NCBI GenBank assembly: GCA_040285855.1
Contig: JAUFOQ010000006.1
Location: 1,674,001 to 1,738,000, forward strand
From: Eukaryota sp. GEM-RC1
Taxonomy: Eukaryota
DNA: 64,000 bases
Direction: 5' to 3'
Positions within the stretch are counted from its first letter, which is position 1, and the number at the start of each line of letters is the position of its first letter. Below, one piece after another: positions 49,801 to 60,539 of the stretch. The notes under the pieces are model-generated. The model made no database searches and was not told where the DNA came from. It was given only the letters and a program-made list of their open reading frames with translations. The position numbers and the translations under genes are program-made.

Positions 49801-50353
49801 AAATATTCAGAAACCAAATTCTGTTAGACCGCCATCAACGTTTTCTGATTTAAATCAATCAGATCATCAAATTTTAAAATCCAGTATCAATTTCGACCAT
49901 TCATGCTCCTACTGCATTGATCAATTTTCTCAAATCAATGTTGGCGTGCCACTCTTTATATGTTCTCAAAAGTATATTTCTAGTAACATCACTGACGAAT
50001 CTTTCATAATCAACAATGCAACCCTTTTGATTTACTTTTCCAACGTCTCTGATCTTCCTTTCACGATTGAACATAAGTGGCCCTTGGAACTTCACTCGAC
50101 TCCAGTGAATTCTAGTGTTGTTAAGGACAATTGTCTGGTTATGACTGAAGTTTGTGATTATTATAGAAGGAATGGGGGTAGTTCAATTGTGTTTGTTTCA
50201 GAGTCTGGGGTTGGGTCTATATTGTTTTATGCACTGTATTTGATGAAGGAATTAGGTTTTCCTGTTAATATTTCTGACCTCTTGATTGGATTGAGAAGAC
50301 AGAAACCGTGTCTGCAGGGAATAGATGAGGACCTTGTTACTTTTCTTGCTTAG
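46875..50353 (+). CDS. Large protein kinase with a C-terminal degenerate dual-specificity-phosphatase-like domain (three apparent indels)
   Basis: 'GSFG', 'VIKE', 'HSDLKLSNI' (49340-49366), 'IDFG', 'GT.Y..PE', 'EVWAFG'; tail 'IVFVSESGVGS...LYLMK...LRRQKPCL'. Confidence 0.75.
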
Positions 50354-50474
50354 TTTTGTTCGTTTTCAATGTAATATATAACATTTTTTTTGGGGTTATG
50401 CGTATACCATCGTTCTCACATCAATGACATCATTTACATGTACCTGCAAATTATTGGTGGAATATCATTGTAAC

Positions 50475-50614
50475 TAGGGTTGTTAAAATGAGCCGAGTCG
50501 AGTCGAGTCAAGCCTACAATTTGAAGCTTGACTTGACTCATGAGTTAAATGAGCCTGACTCGAGCTGATGACTCAAAGCTCAGGGAGTCAGCTTGACTCA
50601 AAATTACAATCCTA
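50475..50614. mobile_element. Minimal 140-bp hAT MITE
   Basis: TIR TAGG(G/A)TTGT; perfect TSD ATTGTAAC; GACTC/GAGTC repeats. Confidence 0.88.
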
Positions 50615-50653
50615 ATTGTAACATATTCTAAGAATCCATATGATTTCATTGAT

Positions 50654-52222
50654 TTATCGACTACCAAACTTCTTTGCCCAAGAAATATGCCTGGAAGCGT
50701 CATTTCTATCAACAGAAGGACGGATTCTTTCCAAAGATTGATATAAATTAGCCATACAAAGAGGTTGCAGTTTCTCCCCATCAATCATTTGAATTTCTTC
50801 CCTTGAAAGTCCAGCTGTAGCATATCTAATGACTGAAAACGAGGCCTCCCTGCAAATATTTACAAGATCCGCACCGGAATAGCCATCAGTGAGCTCTGCC
50901 AATCGGTCGATATCCACGTCTTCAGATAACTTCTGATCATCCAATACTTTTCTCAACAACTCAGTCCGATCGTTAGTCTCTGGTAATGGTATATGAATCC
51001 TTTTTTCAAATCTTCTTATTAATGCTTGGTCTAAATCCCACGGACGGTTAGTTACACCTAAGACCATCACGTGTTTAGCTTCTGTTCTACCTTCAAATAC
51101 CGTTGCTCTATCATCATCAGAATCTGATTCAACATGGTCAGTGGTAATTCCATCCATCATTACCAAGAGTTGACTTTTCAGTCTTTTGATTGCTTCCACT
51201 TCCTCATTGTGGCCAGTATGCTCTCTCACACCGCAAACAGCATCAATATCCTCAAGGAAAATAACTGACGGTGCATAATAGAGAGCCATTTCAAACAAGA
51301 TTTTGACCATCTTCTCAGATTCTCCTAGATATTTATTCACAAGAGTCGCAGTTGATACCGCGAAGAAGGCACCATCACAATCATTTGCCACAGCTTTTGC
51401 TATCATTGTCTTACCAGTTCCTGGAGGACCATGTAGAAGAATGCCCTTCAGAGGTCTTCTCAGCCCTCCAAAGAAATCTGGTCTGATTCTAGGCAAAACT
51501 ACAGTTTCGTATAATATTTGTTTAACCTCTTGTAGGCCAGCAATGTCAGACCACTTTGTTTCGATTGGATATAGAATAATTTCCCGTTCAATACGATTTG
51601 CTAAATCACTATCATCACATTTAAAAGTATTGAATTCTTTTCGATTTGTCGATGACTTACTTTCTGATTTCGAAATTGGTGGTCTAGAAGTTCTAGAAGC
51701 GTTTAATTGAGATGAACTATGTTTACGACGCACAGGATTTGAAAGCTGCCTTTTGAGTGGGGTGGGAAGTCCACGTTCACTAGAAATCTCTCTGTACGCA
51801 TTACCGTGGGGCATTATGTGCACTTCTCGACGAGGCTCTTTGAGAATACGGTTGCGTATTCTATCAGGGATAGGACGGAATGGAGCAGACGGATCACGGG
51901 GAAGAAGAGAATTAGTGGGTGGAACGTAGTCGATATCAAATGAAGGAGCTGATATTTGTTGTCTAGGTGTAGCAAAATTTGGACGAGAAAACTTGGCAAG
52001 TTCTTCTTTGAGAACGTCAACAAGATCTCTTTCACTTTTGATAGCGTGATAGGCTGCTTCAAAACGGGCACGTTGATCATGGTTTGGAGGGGGAGTGGAA
52101 GAAAGGAACATATCAAGTTGGTTTAGGACTCTGGAATACAACATGGTACTGGCTTCGAATTCACCAAGTAGAGCGTGATCTCTTGCAAGTTTGAGATTGT
52201 CAGCTAATTCAGTTAAGGACAT
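50654..52222 (-). CDS. KATNA1: Katanin p60 ATPase subunit A1-like
   Basis: MIT 'LARDHALLG...Y'; Walker A GPPGTGKT; 'TNRPWDLD.A..RRFEKRI.IPLP'; 'GYSGAD'; C-terminal 'W..KFGS'. Confidence 0.88.
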   Translation of the reverse strand: MSLTELADNLKLARDHALLGEFEASTMLYSRVLNQLDMFLSSTPPPNHDQRARFEAAYHAIKSERDLVDVLKEELAKFSRPNFATPRQQISAPSFDIDYVPPTNSLLPRDPSAPFRPIPDRIRNRILKEPRREVHIMPHGNAYREISSERGLPTPLKRQLSNPVRRKHSSSQLNASRTSRPPISKSESKSSTNRKEFNTFKCDDSDLANRIEREIILYPIETKWSDIAGLQEVKQILYETVVLPRIRPDFFGGLRRPLKGILLHGPPGTGKTMIAKAVANDCDGAFFAVSTATLVNKYLGESEKMVKILFEMALYYAPSVIFLEDIDAVCGVREHTGHNEEVEAIKRLKSQLLVMMDGITTDHVESDSDDDRATVFEGRTEAKHVMVLGVTNRPWDLDQALIRRFEKRIHIPLPETNDRTELLRKVLDDQKLSEDVDIDRLAELTDGYSGADLVNICREASFSVIRYATAGLSREEIQMIDGEKLQPLCMANLYQSLERIRPSVDRNDASRHISWAKKFGSR

Positions 52223-53918
52223 TGAGAAAGATACATTATTTTAATCTTGGGTTACCAACGATGTCTAAATGTCTCTACAAAATACGTTTCCTAAAGTCGT
52301 TTTAAAAAAATTCGCACAATCTTTCTTTCCTTCCTTCTTCAAATATACCCAACATTTTAAATAACCACACATTTTCCAGCGTACATCTCGGAGGTTTGGG
52401 ATTTACAGCTTCTAAATGGTGGATTAGAGCTGCATCCACGGATGGTGAATGCAAACCTATGAAGAGAATTTGTTTTTCTAGTTTCGAATTGGATATCGAT
52501 CAAGAACTTCTCTTCACTGAAATATTGTCATCTTGTTGTTCTGTTGATATCAAAGAAATTCCATGTCCAAACATTTGATCTTTAAACGTTGCTTGAACGA
52601 AACTCATCTATTAAAAGATATCGAAAGTTTGGATTTTACAGTTCGTCTTAGCTCGGATAAGGAAAAAAACTCCATCTTTGGCTTTTTTTGTAATCGACTT
52701 AAAGGAGAGTCCTATTGTTTCATTAATTAATCGAATCCCACAAGTGTAAGGTTTCACATTAACTGATCACCACGATGAACCTGTGTTGCTATTTATGCCC
52801 AGGTGATTTGACAAATGACTCTTCAACGTAGCTGTGGAAAACAATTGACCTTTGCTCATTTGTTAAGTTGTAACCGTTACTTATCGAACTTGCATGCATG
52901 ATGCTGCAAGAGACCAAATACATGCTTTGTGTAAGTTCTACAAAATTGAATCATTGTCACTTATAAAATCTTTAGAACTAAATAATTGTAATGCCGAAAA
53001 ACAGAATTAATTTTCTTGGTAAACGGAGCTATTGTTGTTGATGTCCCTTCTTCTTCAGTCAAATTGTACGTTGTCGAGGTGTCGTTTGGATGTTTGCAAA
53101 AGACATCTGAAAGGACGCCTACTCTGAGCAAACAGGATACTGTAAGTACAAAGAACTTAATTAATACAGTTTGCTGCTTTCCACTATTGTTATTGCAATA
53201 AATTGAAATAAATGATATTGTAATAAATATTGCACATTTTTGATACGCAATATATTTATTACTTCAATGGATTTATTGGAGTATATTGCAATACATTTCC
53301 AATATGTTGCAACTTATACTCTTCACAAAATGAAACATAGAACACTCTCAAACATACAATACACGTTGAGTACAAGTTTTGTCCTTGTGCAATTTCAATT
53401 TATGGTCGACTTGGTAAGGACGCTCTCTGTGATCTCTCTGATTTTGAAAAAACTGTTAAGACAAGAATGAACAAAAAGTTTTGGCTGAATCGTATTGTTT
53501 TTACAATCTTTCAAGCAATTCCTTTTATGATCTCAAAAGCTCTTAGTGTCTTCTATGAAGAAAAAGCTTCTGTGGGATTCAATGGCAATGGATGTTGCTT
53601 CAATGTTATTGAGTTCTAGTATTTGTTCACTGTTTCTATTCTTTATATCTATTGTAAAAAATTACTTAAGTGTGCTTCTGTTGAGTTGATGTAGATTCAA
53701 AATGTTTCCTATATACAGTGACAGTTGATAAACAGCAAAGTTGAAGTGACTCGTCGCTGGAGTCTTTTGTTTAAAGAATGGTCACAATGACACTGGAAAA
53801 TACAATAGATGCATTCTCTGCAGATGGATGCCGTCTGTAGATACAATGTAGATGTTTGAAGAAATCTGCAAACCATCTATTTAAGGACCTTACTCTTATG
53901 TTTCTCATATTCATTCTT

Positions 53919-54439
53919 TAGTCTGCTCAGTTCATTGCTCTCTTGATTCTCTGCTTTCCAATAAGCCAAATTCAGCTGATTCAATACCCAAGTTTTGCTC
54001 GGATCTTCACAACATTGCCTTACAAATTACAGATATAACACAAAAAGAAGATCCTCTATCATCCACATTCTCCTCTCTCCTCTCAGATTCCACACTTTCC
54101 CAACTCCAAGCTTCTCCATACACTGCTTCTGCCACTAACTCATCACGCATTGACTGTCTCCTCTATGAATACCTGGTTCGTCGTGGTCATTCTACAACAG
54201 CAACTCTATTTCTACAATCCTTACCTTCTACTTCTCTTGTCAAGTGTATCACTCGACCTTTTGAGATCATTTCTGCTATATCATTGGACTTGAAAAACTC
54301 TAATACTTCTTCAGCAACAGAGTGGATACTAAACGTTCCAGCAAGTTCATCAGTTGATTTTCTAATATTTAAAATATTTACTTTTGACTCATGTCTAGTA
54401 CCTAAGGTTTTGATATCAATACACTTCGATTAGAGTGTT
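53919..54439 (+). pseudogene. Inverted partial duplicate of the MAEA-like gene
   Basis: 53919-54397 is near-identical to the reverse complement of 37334-37830 with an 18-bp deletion; a more diverged tail extends to 54439; no start codon. Confidence 0.88.
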
Positions 54440-54624
54440 GTATTTTATATATTTTATTTAATTCTACTTTATTCCCTGAGTAATTCAGGGGATATTATTA
54501 TTAATATTTATTTTTTCACAAAAGAAAAGTTTATTTGCAACAATAAGTTAATACATACTAATTCAGAAAATGAAAGAAAGAAAGAATATATATTTGTGTC
54601 ATATGTTATGTTTGAATCGTATCG

Positions 54625-55384
54625 TTAGCAAAAGTAGTTTGTACTATTTTCAAAATCACTTCTAGTTACTGCAAATACGAGAACAACACATTCTTTAGGA
54701 TTCCTTTGAAATGCCCCCAATTTTGCTTTTGTATAAGAATTACCCAGATAGAAGGACAATTCTCGTTGTTTAAGAAAGTCACCCTTAGATCTTGGTTCAA
54801 TACCCTCATATAATATCAGTTCAGCATCTTCAAATGACGTTCCATGATACCAGAGTTCATGATCATTGTGAGTTTTGCATTCTTTGACCCAAAAGCTCCA
54901 CAGCATCCCTTCCATGGGACTGAGCATGTTTTTGTTTGGAAATTTGTCGAAATCGATAGGTGGAAACAGTGCCCGTTCTTCTTGAAAATCAGCCTTATTC
55001 AGTATGTCCAACTCTGGAAGACAAAACATTGACAACAACAGAACCACAATCAAGTATCTCCTTTAAAGAGAGTAGTTTACTACAGAGAGTAAATACTCTC
55101 TGTAAAAACGGGTGACGCCATCTAGCACGCTACTTACAAATGGAGTGAATCCCTTGTCCTGGAGAGTACTTTCAAACCTTGTGTCATAACTCCAGCGGTC
55201 TGTATCAAAATTTGATAGTGTTGTAATGGATACTATCAAATACAACACTGAGATCAGCGTGAATTAACTGGTCAATGTTGCTTCCCTTAACACCAAAAAA
55301 CAAGAAACTCTTGTTTTCTGCTTTCTTGTAATAAGTTTTAGCTATCAGTTGTTGAAGATCGACAAATTGGATATTGATACCCAT
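54625..55384 (-). pseudogene. Disrupted gene with an ADP-ribosyltransferase (PARP-like/DUF3990-type) domain
   Basis: 'LWYHGT....A..I...GI.....DF....SFYLG....A..GA'; upstream frames are broken by a stop and a frameshift. Confidence 0.6.
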
Positions 55385-56486
55385 CGGTCACATATGTTCT
55401 GGAAATTGGTTAGAAAAGAAGAATGAATAGTACGAAGAAAGATGAAACATGAAAGTATAGGATAGCAGTCAAGCTATATAAGTTGATGACTTCATCATCA
55501 GTAGCAAGAGTACTTGAAAAAGTTGAATATATAAATGGTGGAAGTGCTCAATCAATTTGAATGATAACAATATTAGTAACAGATTAATTGTAGTATTTTT
55601 GTATTTTTTATATATAACATTTTTGCTATAATGGTTCCAAATCATACCTAATTAATTGATCATTACTTTTGTATACACTAGTATTCAATCTTGAAAATAC
55701 AGATAATACAACATCATTACCTTGCCATTTTTTTGTATTTGTAAATGAGTTTTGTTAAAACTCTTTTCTGTATCGACGAGAGTTGATGTTGGATCGGAGA
55801 TAAGGGAGATGGACTTTCAAAATCGATTTTATACTTGGTCCAGTGAAATCTAGTGACGTTTGCTTAGCTCTTTGAACTTGTATAAACTTCTTCATTGTGA
55901 CTACAAACAAAGAGAGAGTCCTGTATGGGTAATGGTATGCGGAATTAACAAAATTGGGATTTCTTTATCTACCATGTCCTGAAGGTCTTTTTTTAATTAA
56001 CGAGAGTGTTCTCAACGTGATCAGAAGGATTCCTCGGTACTTCGTTGGCAGCTTAGGGTTGTTAACAAATTGTTGCACACAAAAAATTAAAAAGGATGAA
56101 ATCTCAATGTGTTGATTTACCAAAACATACATATCAATAGTACTAATTGTTGGTCTCCCAGCCCGCAAAGTTGAATAAAATCATCAATTCATCATTGCAC
56201 TTGAAGTTCTTCAACTTCTGCAAGTTCGAACTCTACTCAACGTCAGTCATGGAAAGTTCAGCATACTCCCAAAATTGGATAGCAACTTAAACCTTGCTAT
56301 CCAAGGACTGATATGGCCCAACAAGGCTGAATGTATAATTGTCTATGTGAGAGTGAACTTAGTTTTTGGTGGTTAGAGTAAAATGTTGAACGAATCACGT
56401 TGTTGGAGAGGTCACTATACACCCCATTGAAAGGAGTTTAATATTTTAATACAGCTGTTTGTCCTATTATTGGATTGAATTTAGTC

Positions 56487-57212
56487 CAGTGATGCGAAAA
56501 AATTAATTTAATTAATTCCCTGAGAATTAATTAATTCCAGCTGCTTAGAATTATAATTAATTAATTGTTACACCTTAGAATTAAAATTAATTAACGGGAA
56601 TTAGTAGAATTAATTGTATAATTCCTTGTCCGTCATACTATGTGATCGTCTCAATATTCAACAGGAGAGCATCGTTCTTTTTTACATGTGGCGGACGATG
56701 ATCAGCTAGTTCATATGAGAACATTACAAATCCCTAGCTTGGTAGTGTAACAGTGAAAACTTGTCAAACTTGGACTGCTAAATACCAGCAAACTGACGAC
56801 ATCATCAAACTTGCATAGTGTACGAGAGTCAAAACGCAAACAAATTCCAAAACTGGACAATAAAAGTGGCTCCTGGTTCAGTGTCATCATAATAGCATGT
56901 TATAGTAACTATGAGAATCATTCAGTTCTCTAACGAAGCAATACTCCATCTCTGGAACCTGTTTTTCCGTACTTCGATGAAGTCAAATCAATTCTTTCAG
57001 AAACCGTCATGAGACAACGGCACCGAATTCACTAACATTGACTTAAGATGGTAATTGTGATTGATAGTATGTTATATGTTATCGTATTGCTGCTAAAGAA
57101 TTAATTGCAATTAATTGAAATTAATTAATTGCTGGACCGGAGAATTAAAATTAATTAATTGAGGGTGTCAGGAATTATTAATTTAATTTAAATTAATTTC
57201 TTCGCATCGCTG
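56487..57212. mobile_element. Non-autonomous hAT element
   Basis: TIR CAG(T/C)GATGCGAA(A/G)AAATTAATTT; perfect TSD ATTTAGTC; AATTAATT repeats. Confidence 0.9.
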
Positions 57213-58373
57213 ATTTAGTCCCACATGGTATCATGGAATACGTATTTATTTATCAAGAGATTTCTTTGTTAAATATTTATTGACAACAACGCTACAGTAT
57301 AGTGTACATACATCTATTAATCAATATCATCAAAGTCCAAATCGCCTACTTGTCAATTCTCATATACCTTATCCTCATAATGCACTGATTATGAAACCTG
57401 AATTTCAGTATCCTAGTTGTTCAGAACGAGTTGGATTGAAAATTATATAGTGTAAAGCCATCAATTGATTATACAGAAACTCGTTTATCGAAATACGTAG
57501 AATCAGTGGTATTCAAATTCTATATAGTAGGGGTTTGATCTACTTCTGATGCAATGTCAACCTACACATAAAGAGATGTTATGAATCAAACAAAACTCAA
57601 CAACATTTGATCATGTTGATACATCACTTCAGTTGAATGCACATAATGGAACTTTTTTTAACATAAGCTCTTAGTTGTTTGAGGTGGACTTCAACACAAA
57701 GTGTTTTAAAATATTCTTCCGTCTAGATTTTGAGTCTGCAGAGTGAGTAGACTGAACTGCTCTTGAGTACAAGTGTGTACGCAAAGTTCTGAGAGTCGAG
57801 GCCACTGAGTCGTATATCTTTCTACGAGAATTGTTGATTGATTCTTCATAATTTATAAATACAAATAAGTTCATCATGAAGCTTTGTTACTGATGAAACT
57901 ACAAACAGAGAAATGTATTTCAAAGCAAAAATTGAAGTATCCTCACCCACTTCGAGTGATTAGATACAAATGATTGGGAATTACCAAACAAATGATATTG
58001 CAATGTACACCAATCAATGACCATGGCAACACAAAGGTTGCAGAGTTATAATTGTAACACAAGCAGAACTGTTTCGAGCAAACAGACATTCTTCATCAAA
58101 AACTAGTTTTATACGTTAGAAAAGGCAGAAAATGTAGATATCATACAACACAAGAACGCAACAATGTTATGCTGAGATAGTGCAAGGTTCATCAAGAACA
58201 TATCTACACATAAAGTTATCGAGGGAACTATGCAAGTAATGAAAAGGGGATTGGGAAGAAGTCTGAAGGGGATCTAGACCAGTATTTGTGGCAACATTCG
58301 TGCAAACATGGAGAAAGTCAGTGTTGAAATCCACCTCGAGAAGTAGACCAAATCTCCTTTTTCCTCTTCCAAA

Positions 58374-58917
58374 ATGGTTTGCTGTCCTATCGGTTTCTCT
58401 TACATCAGACTAAACATCAAGGTGTCCGTAGAGGTACTCGTTATATGTTCCAGAGGGACTACAAGAAGAATGGTGTAATCCCTCTCACCAATTACATGCA
58501 AATCTACAAACTTGGTGATTCCGTTGACATCAGAGTTAATGGTGCCATCCAGAAGGGTATGCCCCATAAGGACTATCACGGAAAAACTGGTCGTGTGTGG
58601 AATGTCTCTCGACGTGCAATTGGTATCGAAGTCAACAAGCGCGTCCGCACTCGCATCATGGTCAAAAGGATTCACGCTAGACTTGAACACATCAAACCCT
58701 CGAAATGTAACGACGACTTTAAGAAGCGCTGCACAGAAAACCTCGAAAAGGCTAACTTGGCCAAAAAGACCGGAGGTTTGTTAGTTTATCATATCTTATT
58801 GTAGTACGTGTTCCATTGAAGAGATCTGCCGCTGGACCCAGAGATCAAGAAGTTGTTGATACATCAGCTGCTCAGATTATCGAAGTCCGTCCTCTTGCTT
58901 ACAACGATGTTTGGTAA
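58374..58917 (+). CDS. RPL21: 60S ribosomal protein L21 (eL21); introns 58377-58408 (32 nt) and 58776-58804 (29 nt)
   Basis: Spliced product M|TKHQGVRRGTRY...KGMPHK.YHGKTGRV...KKTG|VRVPLKR...EVRPLAYNDVW*. Confidence 0.95.
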
Positions 58918-59124
58918 TTTTTAGTTTTCGCCAATCGTATACTTATAGTTATGATTCTCATTTCGATACAGGTCAGGGAAGACAATTTTCATATATCAAC
59001 TGATAAAAATGTCTTTTGATACATACAGTAGTTTTTGAATTGAGTTATAAGAGTGACTCTGAAATCATTCATATTGATTGATTTACGACAGCTTGAATAA
59101 GCATCATTATACAGCAGTTTGATA

Positions 59125-60314
59125 GATAGTACACTAAAACACGTGTTCTTCCAGTTACAAGTTGTAACTTACAACCAGGCTTGTAAAAAACGTTGATCAA
59201 AAATAAAAAACGACGTTTTTTATCGTTTTTTACGTTTTTTTCGAATTTAATAAAAAACGTTCAAAAAGGGCAGATCAACTTTTTCAACTTTTCACTTTTT
59301 GTCAATTCATTTTCATCAACCAAATCTTCCATAGTTCGATCATTGCAGCTATGTTCTTTTGAGATTGGAATCATAACACCATGGAGATGAAGTATAGTGC
59401 TCATCTGACGATGATCACGTGGTCAGGACGGGAAGATAACGGGGTATATGTAACAAAAACACTGTTCGAGTGTACCTGAAGGTCGTTTCACTCAGATACA
59501 GAACCAAAGAGCATATACTGTACCAGCAATAGTGTCACCAACAAATACTCTAGCCTTGTTTCAGTCTTGCTTGATCAGAAACAACATACATAAAGTAACA
59601 CCTGTCATATTAAGGCAAAAGTGGAGTAGAAAGTCGTGCTTTTTGTGTCAATCCAGAATACAATGTATAAAAAACGCGTACAAGAATAAAAAATGTAGTT
59701 TTTTTCAAAATACGTTTTAAACGTTTTTTATCATGTGACAAGCCTGCTTACAACACGTTCACATTCAACACCGTGTTGAACACCGCTATAACACCGCCAC
59801 CCAACCACACAAACTTTTCCTCCGATTCTCTCTTCAAATATGTCTGACCTTCAGTGTTCGAATACATCCATTGTGCGCGAAGTCGTGTAACACAGCCTTT
59901 ACCTTCATATCACTACTGGCCACGATTGTTTCCAGGTACATTGTGAGTGTAAAGAACAGACATTGATGTACAAGCCACACTGTTAGCCTTTTTCCAAACC
60001 CAAATATCAATTTAAATGTTCCTGTGAATTGAAGCAATTTCATCTTGAATAATTGAAGACTCAGATGTAGTTTCCCACTAATTGAGAAGTATATGTCAAA
60101 AGTCTATCAATTCCAAATCCAGAGAGTTTCTATTTGTGCTCACGAGCTTGTATGCAGTACACACTTCGTATAATTTAGACCATTTTCATACAATAGCTTG
60201 GAAACAATCAACAACGAAAAACACCGCATCCACCCTTTCGAAATTTACAACACGTTCAGAACACGTTCACACTCAACACCGTGTTCAAACACGCCCGGAG
60301 TTTTGTGTACTATG
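59125..60314. mobile_element. Outer non-autonomous hAT element
   Basis: TIR (C/G)ATAGTACAC(T)AAAAC; perfect TSD GTTTGATA (59117-59124 / 60315-60322); AACAC(C)G repeats. Confidence 0.8.
59176..59746. mobile_element. Inner (nested) hAT element
   Basis: TIR CAGGCTTGT; perfect TSD CTTACAAC; AAAACG/CGTTTT repeats. Confidence 0.88.
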
Positions 60315-60539
60315 GTTTGATAGATTATTCGCGTGTTGCGTATTTCTAGAAATCATGTGATTGGATGATTATTGTTTCACCAAATACATGTACTAGTAGT
60401 TGTTCAGGCAACAAAATAACAACAGCAGATCATTTTAGTATTTATGTGGGAATTATTTCTACAGTATTTTAGGGGTAAACTGTGGATTACTTCTTTCTAA
60501 ACAGTCGGACACGTGTGTCCACGTGTTCAAATTTTAGTG

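Noticed and set aside
13749..50353. Programmed (Euplotes-like) ribosomal frameshifting as the explanation of split ORFs
   Set aside because: Shifts are a mix of +1 and -1, mostly not adjacent to a stop, and share no motif beyond homopolymers.
53919..54400. Helitron capture of the MAEA fragment (CTAG at about 54395)
   Set aside because: No subterminal GC hairpin, and homology to MAEA resumes past the CTAG.
55750..58330. Possible decayed genes at about 55750-56400 and 57400-58330
   Set aside because: Only short broken frames with no recognisable motif; a call cannot be supported.
3711..58784. Numerous 60-140 aa ORFs antisense to or overlapping real genes
   Set aside because: They are shadow frames of well-supported CDSs with no independent motifs.
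2225..58917. Stop-codon reassignment
   Set aside because: TAA, TAG and TGA all terminate conserved genes at expected positions, and no in-frame stops interrupt conserved domains.
59404..59440. Hammerhead-like CTGACGA followed by a hairpin
   Set aside because: The hairpin is followed by GGAC rather than GAAA, and stems I and III are not evident.
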